DNA of 64,000 bases, from NCBI RefSeq assembly GCF_009914755.1, contig NC_060928.1; one strand, 5' to 3'. This DNA is from the human T2T-CHM13v2.0 reference genome, Homo sapiens. Below are positions 1 to 13,790 of this stretch, one piece after another. A program made the position numbers and the translations under genes. Every line of letters begins with the position of its first letter. Position 1 is the stretch's first letter. The notes under the pieces are model-generated. The model did not search any database and was not told the DNA's origin. It saw nothing but the letters and a program-made list of their open reading frames with translations.

Positions 1-302
1 CAGACTGCATATATGATAGTGGTCCTACCATAGAAAGGTGGTGGTACCTTTTCTATGTTTAGATACGTTTAGATACACAAATATGTATCATTGTGTTACA
101 ATTGCCTTGTATTCAGTACAGTAACGTGCTGCATACATTTGTAGCCTAGGAGCAACAGGCTGTACCACATACGCTAGGCATGCAGTACGCTGTGCCATCT
201 AGGTTTGTGTAAGTACACTCTATGATGTTCACACAATGACGAAATCGCCTAGCGGCACACTTCTCAGAAAGCAACCCCGTCATTAAGTGACACATGACTG
301 TA
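1..302 (+). mobile_element. Tigger3 (Golem)-type MITE, cut by the window start
   Basis: Typical body and terminal ...CATTAAGTGACACATGACTG followed by TA. Confidence 0.8.
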
Positions 303-1079
303 TATGCATGTCTCATCAAAACAACAATAGAAAACTCTAGGAAGTGGGGAGAAGGGAGTGTTGGAGAATGAGGTGAAATTTCTTGGCCTCATTCTAAAAA
401 AGTAAAAGTGTATTCCCTGTAATGACAGCTGTTAAAATGTCCCATTTTTTATCCCTGTGATTGGAAACAAACAACAAAAAACTAGAGAGAAAAAGGTCAT
501 GAAGATCCTTCTTAGTGGGCAGCTTTGAATAACCAGCAAATATAAGGCTGGGGCATTAGAAGGAACCCAAATTAGAATGGAAAACCAGACAAGCTAAGTC
601 ACTGTGCTCAGGCTATTTAGGCTCCCAGAGGAAGATCAGTAACTATAGATAGCAGATCCAGCAATGGGCTCATCATGAACTGCAGGTACCTTGGGAAAGC
701 CATAATACAAAAGGACCAAAAGAACGCACACTCCCCAGGACTCGTTTCCACACCTGGAAGATGAGGGGGTTCCCAGGGCACTCACCACCTTGAGGAACCC
801 ACGATTTCAACACCACTGTCGAATATCACTGGATGTAAAAAGTGCAGGAGAAAGCACGGGGTAAGGGCTCCAGTCCAGAAGGTACGACTCACTTTGAGCA
901 CCCAAAACTTGCTTTCTCTGCCTTGTCTAAGACAGAGCTGGCTCGATGATTTCCAAAGACTGTCTGTGGCCAGAGTATTTCCAGAATCTCTGGACAGTCA
1001 CTTGGTGGGACAGGGTGCTGGGACTGAAGCTGCGTTTGTAGCAGCAATTTATCATAGAGTGAGAAAAGGCCAAACGTCT

Positions 1080-1498
1080 ATTGGGTCAATATTCATGGCT
1101 CTTGCTAATATTTCTAGTTCTCCTTTCCTTCCAGGCATGTGGCAGGACGGTCCATCCCCATTGCTTTTGGGTAAAGCAGAAACATGGACCCTGCTTTGCC
1201 CGATAAAATGGGATTGGAAGGGATGTGAGTTGCTTCAGAAGGAAGGCACTTGAGAGGGGAGGTGAGAATTGCTGGGCTTTCTCCTTCCCTGCAGCAACAA
1301 TGGTGGAAGCACAGGTTGCTATAGGGTTGCCACAGGATAACAGAGCTTGGAGGGGCAAGCACAGCAGACAACTGCCTGGAGAGCCATTCGGGTCCACAGA
1401 GAACTTTGTGTGATCCAGAAAAAAATTATTGGTGTGTCAAAGTACTGAGATTTGAGGGTTTGTTACTGAAGCATAACTCAACCCATCCTGACTCATAT
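1080..1498 (+). mobile_element. Old MLT1 (I/J/K-like) MaLR LTR
   Basis: Ends with ...ctgagatttgagggtttgttactgaagcataac...ctgactcata, a typical MLT1 3' end. Confidence 0.6.
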
Positions 1499-2399
1499 GG
1501 TCTGCATCAAAGAATGGGACTGTCTGGGGGGGAGAAAAGTTATACTTGCCCCTGGGCTGTGTGTCCACTGAGTCACCACACTGAGGACGAGGGTTCATGT
1601 GATCTCTATTAGTAGTGCTATTGATGACAAAAAGCAAGGTTTTGTAACACATGCTTTACCTGTATAATCTCCTTTAATCCTCAGGACAATGCAATGAAGT
1701 TACTGTGCTATCATCTGCATTTTATAAATGAGGAAGTGAGGCTTAAATGAAAGTGTTTGCATAATGTGCCAAGGGATTGCGAAGCCAGAATTGGAACCCA
1801 GCTCATTACAGAGCCAAGCCTGTGGAACCCCAACTCCTGAAAAACTAAACATTCTGTGCCCCACCCCCAAAAATCAGAATATTCATGGAGTTGGTTACCA
1901 CATCTAGTTGGTATTCCTAGTACAAGGAAACAAAAAAAGAGACAATTTGAATTTGGCTACTTTTCTGGACCTAGAACAAATAGTAATAAAGGTTTTATTG
2001 ATTCAAACAACTTTTTCTAAAACTAGTGGGTCTGCCACTTATTTCCTCAGATGCAAAGCCTGAAGGAAGATGGAAAAAAAAAGTTTAAAAATCCACAAGC
2101 CTCACTACTCTCTCCTCTTTATGAGGGAGCCAAGTGGAAACAGTAAGGTTTCCATTCACTTCTAAGAAATGGGACAAACTAAAGGGCCTCAGAAAGGAAC
2201 TAGAAGGTTCTTTTCTCAAAAGCAGTTTGATCGCAACAGGAGTTTTCTGTAAGCTATAGTTGGCCTCATTATTCAGTCAAATATTTTCTGGGTGCCTTCT
2301 ATGTACTGGACACTGAGCTAAGTATTGGGACCCTCATGGGATAAATGATATCGTTGAATTTTGAAAAGGAAAGAAAGGCATGATACCTGGATAACAAAA

Positions 2400-2690
2400 C
2401 GTTATTTCCTGCTATCTGGAATCCTGAAGGTTCTGAAAACTGAAAATGTGTTCCTATCTCGTCAGTGACCTAAGCTGATGAGAGGGTGTCTATGGCCTTT
2501 ATCCATGGAGTGTGAATATTCATGTATTTGCTGAAGAAAAATCAGTGTGTTTGATCCCTGGCTGCTGCCTGAGACTCTGCCAGGGATGACATATAATATA
2601 CAGTGTGTGTACTGCATTTCATTTCAGATTCCCAAAACTCCTGCATGAGAAACACATATGGGCTCCAAGGACTTTAGATATGGAATTTTT
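2400..2690. mobile_element. Old Tigger-like DNA transposon remnant
   Basis: Resembles a recalled TcMar-Tigger consensus (gtgtgaatattcat, gtgtttga, gaaacacat); subfamily unsure. Confidence 0.45.
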
Positions 2691-3018
2691 TATTGGAAAC
2701 TCACCCTTACAAATCTCTACAGTCTCGATGATGAATGTGTGACTAAAATCAAACCTTTCTCCAACAGTAATTGCCCAAATAGCTAAGCATTCATTAGATT
2801 TCTACTTCCTCACATAGGCCAAGAAAAACTAAAAATGCATTAAATGCAGTAAATCTTCAAGCTTCCATATGCTTACGTGCCTGTCCCCCCAGCCTCCTAA
2901 CTTCCTTATCCTTTAGAGTCAGCACTGAATGCTGGAGCTGGGATAAACCTCACGGATAACCCAAGTGACCTGCCCAGTTGCAAAGAACAAGGCTCCTGAC
3001 TTCCAGCATATTCCATGA

Positions 3019-3258
3019 CAGTGTTTTCCAAATTGTGGGTCATGATATATTAGTTGCAACCCTTGTTTTCTTTTCTTTTTTTTTTTTTTTAAAGGTACAG
3101 AACAGAGCAGAAAATATCAGGGTGTATCCCCTGCAGTAAGGGTAATTATTGTTTCCTGAAGCTTTTCTATTTGAAAAGTCTATAGGAATAAACACACACA
3201 TATGCCTATTTGCACATACTTCTTACAAGCCGCCATTTTAAAAGTCTGAAAACTACTG
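3019..3258. mobile_element. hAT-Charlie-like MITE with an internal poly-T tract
   Basis: Termini CAGTGTTTTC and GAAAACTACTG form imperfect TIRs. Confidence 0.5.
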
Positions 3259-4034
3259 TTCTCTAATAAGCCACTCTGGACACTTACCCATTCATTCAAC
3301 AAATACTTGGTGAAAGGAACGAAGAGAGGCACAGGTGGGTGGGGGTGGGGCAGGGAGGAAAGCTTGAGAGATTATGTTTGATGTGAATTTTGAGAGTGAG
3401 TAGGTGTAAAAGGCATCTGAATAGAGACCATTATGTCTTGGAAATCATTCACTTGTTCTCTGGAATTGAGTCACAGCTCTGAGGATTTAATCCCTGCTCT
3501 GCCCACCGCCTGCTGCCCCCTACATTGAGGTTATCGTGAGCCTGAAAGGAAATGTGCTATGTTAAAGGCTTTATAAACTTAAAAAAGATTGAACACATGA
3601 TTTTTACAGCATTTAAAGCATCCAGAACACTTTTGCAGACACGTTCCCATTTGACAGTCAACACTCTGACAGGTGGGACAAGAACCGCTTTCCCCATTTT
3701 ATGGGCAAAATAGCTGAGATTCAGAGAGGTTAGTGTCTTTCCTAGAGACACGTAACTAACAACTGTCAGCTCAAACCAGAACTTTCCATTACACATTCCA
3801 GGTTCTTTTTACTATTCTACATTGGCACCAAATTAGTTATAAGTGGTTCAACACATTACCTGTGTTGAGCAAAACCGTATTTTCAACAAGACACTCCTAG
3901 AGGTAACCGCATAGCTCAGAGAATACATTGTAACTCATTTCCAGGTCCTGTTTGGGAGACAGGCAGCTCTCCTGGGGCCCTAAGTTGAATTCCACAGGGA
4001 ATGCTTAGGTCTAAGAGGCCACCTATAGATTGAC

Positions 4035-4359
4035 AGTGTCAACAACAAACGGCATGTACAACGGTGGTCCCGTAAGATTATGTGGCCATATTTTCACTGC
4101 ACCTTTTCTATATTTAGATATGTTTAAATACACAAACATTTACCACTGTGTTACAATTGCCTAGAGTATTCAGTACAGGCATATGCTGTACAGGTTTGTA
4201 GCCCAGAAGTAACAAGCCATACCATGTAGCCTCGGGATGCAGCGGACTATACCATGTAGGTTTGTGTCAGTACACTCTAGTACAGTCGCACAATGATGAA
4301 ATTGCATAACAAAGCATTTCTCAGGACATATCCCTGTCATTAAGCAATGCATGGGTATA
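4035..4359 (+). mobile_element. Second Tigger3-type MITE
   Basis: Collinear similarity with 1-302 (ccttttctat, gtgttacaattgcc, gtacactcta, gtcattaag). Confidence 0.8.
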
Positions 4360-7300
4360 GCTAATAGATGGTAATAAGTAGCTGATTATCATTCACTAAT
4401 AGTGGCTAACTACAGTACACTAAACACTTTAAAAGAGACACAAAACTCCCAGAAAAGAAAGAAAAGCAGTTTAGACTAATGGTTGGGAACACGGCAGGAG
4501 GAGCTGAAAATGCCTGAATTCAAATCTTGGCTTTGTCACTCACTAGCGACATGATCAATTACCTAGCCTCTCTGTGCCTCAGTTTCTCCATTTTTAAATG
4601 AAGATATTTACAGCATCTTCGGAGGGTTGGTATGAGAATTAAGAGTTAGTATATGTAAAACATTTAAAACAGTGTGTTGTATGCATGTTAATGATCATTA
4701 CTACTATTGTTATCATGGAGGAGAGAGTGACACAGCTTAGCAAAGAAGGTGCTCAAGGAGTTGGAGGACAATGTGGTATTTGAAATCGATCGGGAGGGAG
4801 GGGTAGAGGGATACATCTTGGTTGGGGATAGACGGAGCTGTGACAAGTGGCAGTGACAGGGAAAATGTTACTCCTGGCTGGGAAACAGCCATAGCAAAGC
4901 ACAAAGGTGAGAGGCCAGAAGATGTGTGTTCAGAACAGTGAGCGACGCCCTGGGCTGGCTGTGGTGGAGGGTGGGAGTACAAGCTGTGCCCAGATAAAGC
5001 CAGAAAGACAGACGGGTGGCCAGGTCAGAAAGGGCCCGGATGTGGTGCTGAGGAGTTCAGATTGTATTCTTCCAGCAGTCAGGAGCTCCGAGGGGCTTTG
5101 AATGGGGGAGTGTCATTAAGAATCATCTTAGAAAGAAACTTTCATCCTGACATCCTGTGGTGTAAATTATATTGGACAGTACAGTGTGGGTGGAATTTGC
5201 TGCCAAGCTTGAGAAGAGAAGAGAAAGTGATTGTGGTTCAGGATCCACTCTGCAGACACACCTTTGGATCCTGCAGTTTGATCTGAGCTGTCAGGCCTAC
5301 AGAGAACACACTGGCTTTGCTGTTTCTTAACGCAGTCTGTGATCACGGTGTCTAATGCAGTATTGTTAGACAGGGTGCTACCCAGGCAACCAGACTCATG
5401 CGTGGTTTCAGCCTCCACCGTGACGGCTGGTGCCAGAATCACATCAGTGGGCGAGTGGGTCACATGGCTGCCCAAACACACTCCAAAGGGCCAAGTTGAG
5501 CAAGGAAAAACAGGGAAATATCCCACTTTCTGGTCACTAGGAGGGGCCAAGAGACAAACACTTTATCCTCCTAATGCCTCCACTTTTGCTCTTCAGTCAA
5601 GACAAAATTCTGCTGGTCAAGTTCATGTGTAGAGTAGGGACCACTGACATTCTCTCTCCTTCCCAGCTCAGGAAGGTTTCAGTTTGTTTTCGGAAGAGGG
5701 GACAGAGAAATGAAATTAGTATTTTTTTGAATATCTACTATGTGCCATGCATTCTTAGGAGTAATAAGAAGACCTTCATTTGATTATAACAGTAACAGTA
5801 GCAGCCACTATCTAGTGAGCATTACTATTTTCCAAACTGCTAAATGTTCTACTTGAAACATCATATTTAATCTATATGGCCACTATGAAATAGGTTGTAA
5901 GATTAGTCCCATTTTACAGAGAAGGACATAGAACCTCAAAGAGGTAAATTTATCCTTCATCACAAAGGTAGTAAGTGGCAGAGCCAGACTGTTACCTGGG
6001 TATATCAATTAGGATTCTTTGGTGTAAGCAATAGTAACTGACATTCTAACAAAGGAATATATTGGAAGGATACTGGCCCTTATAGACTTGGCAAGAGAAT
6101 GCAGAGCTAGACTCAGACACAGGTGGGCAGCAAGGCAAATCTGGGCAATGGAGATAGGAACCAGGAACCACCAACCACCAGGTCTTGTTGCAGGAAAGGT
6201 TGTCAGAGGCTGTCAAATGGGATGAACTGGACTCTGTGACATTTCAGTCTGGACTCTGTTACATTTCAGTCTCTTTGCCTCTCTGTTCAAGGAGTCTCCA
6301 ACAGCCTAAAGCAGATCATGAGGAGTCTTTGCCTGGGCATCTGTCCACAGTTATTAATGTACACAGACTGTATCCAATGGTAATACCCTCCACTTGGAAG
6401 TGCTATTGAGAAAAAGAAATGAATGCTGGGAAGTGAGAAAACAACAAATGTGCATTGCACCAACCTGGGGAGGATCCATGCTACTGAGTTTATTTCTCAA
6501 CCTTGCTAAAGCTCCCCTTCTTGTGTTTTTTGAATAAAGATTGAAAAAGAAATGGTGATCATTCAATAATAATCCTTTTACTTTAACCTCTAAGTCTCTA
6601 TTAATCATACACAGAAACACAGGAGTGCATAGGAGCTCCAGGAACACTCAGGGCGAGGCTCACGTGGCTGCCCTTGGTATACACCTACCAGCTGAAGAAA
6701 GGAAGACAGCTGGTGTATACTAACACCAAATACACTAGGTAATCAGTGACACACGAATGGAATAAGCTCAGTAAAATATGCCCAGTTTTGGGTGTGAATA
6801 CTAGATATCATAAAATATTTTTATTATTCTCTCAAAAATATATTTCTCTGCAATTGCATTTCAATTACATTTTTAAAGCAGAGCTTACAACTCATTTGTC
6901 GATGTTAATTCATGCCCACACACAAACACCATGAGGGTAGTTTGTGCTCATCATGTGCTCATCATCCTAAAAGCCCAAACCATTGGCCATTGAGGGGCTT
7001 TTATCTGCCCTAAAGCAAATCATAATTGCTACAACAAAGATCAAAAGATCATAATAATTAAATGGCTATCTGACATACTACATTACTATTTGGGTGGCTT
7101 TATAGCCAGATAGCTGCTGCTGAGAGATGAAGGTAGCTGGGGTGTAGTGGGGGTGGGGTGGGGGGCGGGGATGGGGTGCAGTCACTTCTTGCCAAAGACT
7201 CCTGGTCCTTCGCGATTTTTACTAATGGGATCAGGCTAGCTCTCATTAGCCACCGCAAGGGCATGCCTGCTAATCCAGACAGAGTTCTCAGCAGATGATA

Positions 7301-10300
7301 AACAGACATGGCCAAAGAGTTCATGTTCAGGAATAATTTAGAAACTTCTCAACTGCAGACTCATTCTTTCTGTAGAGGTACCTCCTCCCCTGATCACCAT
7401 CTACTCACTCATAACTGCCCTTGCCTTCCCCTCTTCTCCATCCCCCATCCAGCAATACCTCACTTCCCACCCAACAAATGGCTCCAGGTGAACAGCATTC
7501 AACAATCAACCTCCCTTCCCCGCCTCCAACAAGCCACCCCTCCATGCCTGGAACCTCTGTTTTGCTCTGCCCTGTGATCTCTGGCAGGGACCATCACAGC
7601 AGCCTTCTGGTTTCCCTACTTGTCTAGTCCAGGTACCAGTCCCTTTGGAGAATGTAAATTAGGGCTTGCCACTCTTCTTTAAAAAAAAAAAAAATCTCTG
7701 ATGTTAAGGAGATTTGCAAACAGGAGCCTTTCAGCATCTGGCTGCAACCCACCTCTCCAACTTCATCATCAGCTCTTCTACTCCCGCCCTCCATGTTCCT
7801 GTTCAGCCCACCTACTGCTGCCCCCACACTCAAGCTTCTTCACCTCTCTCTTTTTCTACACTGTCCTGCACCCTGCTCCTGAGTCCCTGTCTGGGAAGCT
7901 TCTGCCACTCCCCCAGGCAGAGTGAGAGCCACGTGGCACTGTGGGTACACTTAGAGTAGCACTCACACACCCTGTATCGCAGCACCTGCCCACCTGCCCA
8001 CTTGTCTGACTAAGGCCTCTTTGCAGCCAGGGCCCATCTTATTCATCTTTGCATCTCCAGAGCCAGGCACAGCTCCTGGCCCACAGTGTGTGCTGAATAC
8101 ATATTTAAGAAATAAGTTTCAGTTCCCACCAAGCTGAATATATACATAGATATATAGATAGATAGATTTACATATTTTAGTCAGATAGCCATCAATTTAT
8201 TATTAGGCCTAAATGTCTAAATCTCATTTAGCATCATGCTTTGCAGAAAAAAAAAATCCAGTTACACAAACTCAGTGTGTAAGGAGAGGATGCAGGACAG
8301 TTCCTATAGAATCATCAAAATGACATTTGTATGTTGACCTCATTTTTATTGCTTAAAAGGACCACTTCCCTGCCATCACAGGGGTATACACTCCTTTCAG
8401 CACCTTCATTCTTAAAAGTCCTGCAGATTCACCAACCCTAGATAGACATTCAGAACCTCCACTTGGAGATACATGTATATTTAACCTCTCCAGACATGGG
8501 TTTGGTTATCTATGGAGTACAATGCCTGTGGGGCTGGCCACATGCTGATATTCATCTTGCTGAAGTCCTCCAGCCTGCGGCAATCCCTAAGCCCTGCAAC
8601 ATTAACACCCTCGCACCTTGGGTGTGAGCCTTTCCTGCCCACGCCTATAGTCCATCCTCCAATTGCAAGACTCCCTGGGCATTTCCACAGCCTTTTCTAA
8701 ATCTGTATTCACCTCTGTAATTTTTAGATAACATTTCAGCAATTTCAAATTGGTAGCTTAATGATTCTAATGCCATTCTCTAAGATGACTTTTTTTTTTT
8801 TATGATCTATCTTTCTCAGACTCACCATGCCGTTTTCCCCCTCTCCGGTATTACTTTTGACAGGCAAACTTTGATTATTTGAATGCCCCAGGGGATGTGC
8901 TGAAATTTAAGTGAGATTTCAGGTAATGGGAAGAGTTTATAATGTGAACTACAGTAGCTGGGGGGTATGTGAAATTCACTGACAGTCTTGGCTAACCGAA
9001 GTTTTGAATAACGAAGGTTTGCCTGAATATCTATTTCAATCCTTTCACTTCTCTTATTTCTCCTTTCCTCCCTCTCACCATCTCAGTCTCTGCATTCTCC
9101 ACTAACTATGCCCCTGTCCTTTGCAAGCCTATAAAGATGAGGAGGAAACACATGGAAAAAAGATTGGCTTTCTTTCTCATTGGCCATAAACGGGCTAGGA
9201 AACCACCTCTCACTTGTTGAAGATAGCATCTATTTCTAAAAATCACGGCTTACCTAGAGTGAATTTGCTCTGTCCCCAGTGCTAGGCTGATCCAACCTTG
9301 TCTCAGGCCGAGATGCTGCCGGTACGCCTTGCAGTTCTGGTTTGTTTCAGAGATTGTGTATATGTTCAGGATGAAGCACTAAAATTACGCATGCATCTGA
9401 AACCCTCTCTTTGCCATCCAGGTTGCCAGGGGCCTGAGGTCTGCTGGATACAGGTGACAGGCAGCTTGCATCACCAACCCTCACATATTGCAATTACACA
9501 TTATGACATATAACTGTCACATATGGAATGTAACGATAGATTCACTGGTTACTTCATTATAGAATAATAATTCAATTCGGTTGCAGAGGGCTTTCCTTGT
9601 GGGCTGTGTAGCAGTAAGAAGTCAGCAAAGCATGTACAATATTTTGGTCAGACTGACTTTAAAAGCTGTAAAACTGCTGTGGTTCATTTTATCTGTCTCA
9701 GTAGAAATCCTAAAAAAAACCCTAACACCCCTATTACTAATGAGGCCCACTGCACCTTTGCATATTATCAGCTCTTAACTTCTTAGACCTGTTCCCGAAC
9801 CCTGGGAGGCAAAGGGGACCTGTAATCGTGCTTCCACTTTATAGATGAGGTATTGAGAGGGTTACAGGGTGGCATTTGCAGAACTAGAATTGATTCCTTG
9901 ACCGTTCTTTAACAAAAGGGAAACTCAGGAGATACAGACAGGAAAGCATCATTAATAGAAGCAATGCGGCACCTGGGCTTTAGAGTGACATGATGTGGGG
10001 TTTGCCACCATCTCCTACCACAGGGACCACAAGAAGCCACTCCCCCACTCTGTGCTTCAGTTTTCTTTTCTATAATGATATGAACAGCCAGCAGCATTTT
10101 GAAGCCTACTCAGTCCTAACAGATGATTCAGCATTTCACATACATTAATCACTAATCCTCATCACAACCCCAAAATGTAAACATCATTACCCCCCTTTAC
10201 AGGCGAAGAAACTAAGGCTCTAAGAGTTTTTTGGAAAAAAAAATTATGAAGCTTGTAAGAGGCAAAGGTGGGATTTGAACCCAAGCCTGTCCCATGCCCT

Positions 10301-11578
10301 TTCTGCCACAGCACCCCATTCACCCAAAGGAGAGTTGGAAGGATTCTATAGAATTACTTACGTGAGAAAAAGCACTCAATAAACTCTAAAGACACCAATC
10401 TTATTATCACAGTAATCAAAAGAACTGAGTCTGTCCCATTTGAAGACAGAAAACAATCTCCATTCCTAAATGTGTTGGCAGATCTTGCCTTCTGAAAAAT
10501 ATGATTCCCCTTCTGGGATGAACAGTCCCATAAGAGGGCCAGTGTGTTCAAGATGAAGCTTCAACTCAAGATGGAGCATGTCTGAGAACAGTCCCTGGCT
10601 CCCAGCTCTCTGATACTTGAGTCAGGTGCACATACTCTAAAGCAAGGAGGTGTTCCATCCCAGTCTGCCCCAAAAGGCAGTCATCTGCAGACTTGAGATC
10701 TTGAAATCAGCCGTGCAAATCCATTACTACTTTAATTATCCAAGTAAATAGAGCTCTTACCACCATCTGCTGAGATTTCAACCAATCATGATCAACACAG
10801 TCTTTCTCTCTGGATGAGAAGCTCAGAGTCATCGCTAAAGGGCCACTTGGGCCCTGAATTTCCGCCTGCAGCATGCAGGCCTCCCCAGCCGAGCCCTGTG
10901 GCTGGGAGCTGTTTTCTCCCTCTCACTGCGCCTTGCTCATATTTTCCTGAGCACTGTTAATTTGCTCCTGCACTTCATCTTTGTCGATTTTATTTTCTTT
11001 CCATAAACTCCAGATACTACTGATTAGTGAGAAACTATCCTTAACAAGAACTGTCAGTTTAGAACTCAGCCCCCCCAGCAAAAAGTCAGGCGGAGATTTA
11101 TTCTGGGACATTGGTGGGTGTATAATCCTCGTGATTCAAATCACTGATGTTTTCAGAGGACAAACTAAATTGTAAACACTGCTCAAGGTGGGGACTCCAT
11201 CCAGGTCTGTTTCTCTGGCTGATAACTGTGATGGGCTGATTATGCTAGCAAAAGGCTCCCATGGGTGACCCAAATTAATTATGGCTTTCTGGGAAAATGG
11301 CAAAATCTTCACTGGCTGCAGATCACCAGTGGACTGCAAGCCAATGATGGGCATGATTTGACTTGCTCTCCTTAACAGAACATTTGACCACCACCATCAT
11401 CACCTCTGTCATCACTATTTATCAGGAGAACATTTAAATGACGATAAAATGGGTTGTTCGGTTTACTCTTTTGCGTGTGCATCTACAAGATCTAATACTA
11501 AATTAAAAACTCCTTTGGAGAAGTGCACATAGACATCACTAATTCAGGTAAGCTCGAGGTTTGGGCATCTCGCTTTCA

Positions 11579-11947
<369 letters not shown>

Positions 11948-12651
11948 TTAAATATATGTCCAGGCTGACCATTCCAAAAGGAGATGAAATTCAGAGGCAG
12001 AGAGACTTAAAAAGATAGAAGGCAGTGGATACTCCCAAGTAAGACCCGGGGTGTGAGTCAGAGTCCCCTCTGGATTCCAACTCCTGCCCTACCACTTCTA
12101 GCTGAAGGATCTTGGGCAAGGAAATCCATTGCTTGCTGAGCCTAAGATCTTTTATCTGTAAAATAAGGACTATGATAGTACCTACTTCATGGTACTATAG
12201 GTTTGTCAAAGGATTAAATGAGATAATGAAAAGAAGGCTTTTAGCCCAGTAACTGGCATGCAGCTGCCATTTACTTACAGCTTATATTCATCATCATCAT
12301 CCACAATCATCATCTTCCTGGATAACATCAGCACTGGTTGCTGTCCACTTAAGTGGAAGGGTACAAAGACTATAGTAGTTAAAATAAGTCCTTGGGAAAG
12401 ACCTACGAAGCCTGATGGGCTCAGATTTCAGGTATGACCATAGAAGCGTCAGCCAAAACACTGATGGCAGGCACTGTTCTGGGCAGTTTTTCACATTAGC
12501 TCATTTGATCCTCACAAGGAGGCCCTCTGAGGTAGGTACTATGAGGATCCCCTATATAAAATACTGTCCAGTGAGATGGAAGCAACAGTGTCTGAAACAT
12601 TTCCTTTCCAATGTTTCAGACTTCTGAAACATTTCCTTTAAGGGAGGGGCA

Positions 12652-13029
12652 CTGTCTTTGTCCATTTTTTGTTGCTATTACAGAATACCAGAGACAGGGC
12701 AATTTATTAAGAAAATAAATTTATTTCTCACAGTTCTGTAGGCTAGGAAGTCCAGAAGCATGACACCAGCATCTGCCAATGACTTTCTTGCTACATCATG
12801 ACACAAATGAGGGAAGGCATCCCATAGTGAGTAAGCACTCCAGACAGAGAGAAAAGGGGGCTGATCGCCCTCATTAACAAACCTACTACCATGATAATGA
12901 CATTAAATCCTTTCATGAGGGCAGAGCCTTCCTGACCTAATGACCTCTTGAATGTGCCATTTAGTAACACTGTCACGATGGCAATTAAGTTTCCATGTAA
13001 GTTGTGAAGGGGACATTCAAACCATAGCA
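12652..13029 (-). mobile_element. MST-type MaLR solo LTR
   Basis: tgtctttgtccattt ... gggacattcaaaccatagca are the reverse-complement LTR termini. Confidence 0.8.
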
Positions 13030-13482
13030 GGTTCACTCTTGCCTATGTCTTCCTCCTTCTTGCCACATAGTGGTCTGCAAAGTGGAAAGCCTCACACATG
13101 GAATGATGAACCAGAAAAATGAAAGGTGGCTAGGTCTCTAACAGATTGTAAGCCAGCATGCCAGCCCTAAAATGCCTACCTCCAAATGTATTGCACTTCA
13201 GAAAAATATAAAGTTCAATATTATTTAAGCAATTATTAATTCTGGTATTTCATTAAAATTAATCCTAAATAAAATACCAACATACCCAAATATGTGGTAT
13301 GAGGAAATTGGACACCCAATATTGTAAGACTTGTAATCCACTTCACAATCAGAACTCTGTGTCACCACTGACAGATGACATTGGCTATCTGAGACACAAA
13401 AGTAAGTAAGCAGTACATCAGGGCATTATGTAGTTAGGGTTTTAAGTAAGAGAATGTTTCCCTTCTAGCACAATCTAAAATA

Positions 13483-13487
<5 letters not shown>

Positions 13488-13520
<33 letters not shown>

Positions 13521-13790
13521 AGATGAAGTCTCACTCTGTCAATCAGGCTGGAGTGGAACGGGGCAATCTCAACTCACTGCAACCTCTGCCTCCTGGGTTC
13601 AAGCAATTCTCCTGCCTCAGCCTCCCTTAGTAGCTGGGATTATAGGCACCCACCACCATGCCCAGCTAATTTTTGTATTTTTAGTAGAGACAATTGGCCA
13701 GGCTGGTCTCAAACTCCTGACCTCAGGTGATCCGCCCGCCTCGGCCTCCCAAAGTGCTGAGATTACAGGTATGAGCCACCACGCCCAGGC
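13488..13790 (-). mobile_element. AluS
   Basis: Poly-T of about 32 nt, Alu body, TSD taaaatacagac/taaaatccagac. Confidence 0.95.

Noticed and set aside
1-4359. Two Tigger3 MITEs as ends of one composite transposon
   Set aside because: Same orientation, independently diverged, no transposase remnant between them.
6677-6720. Imperfect hairpin GTATACAC..CAGCTG / CAGCTGGTGTATAC
   Set aside because: Short, bulged and partly built from self-palindromic hexamers; compatible with chance.
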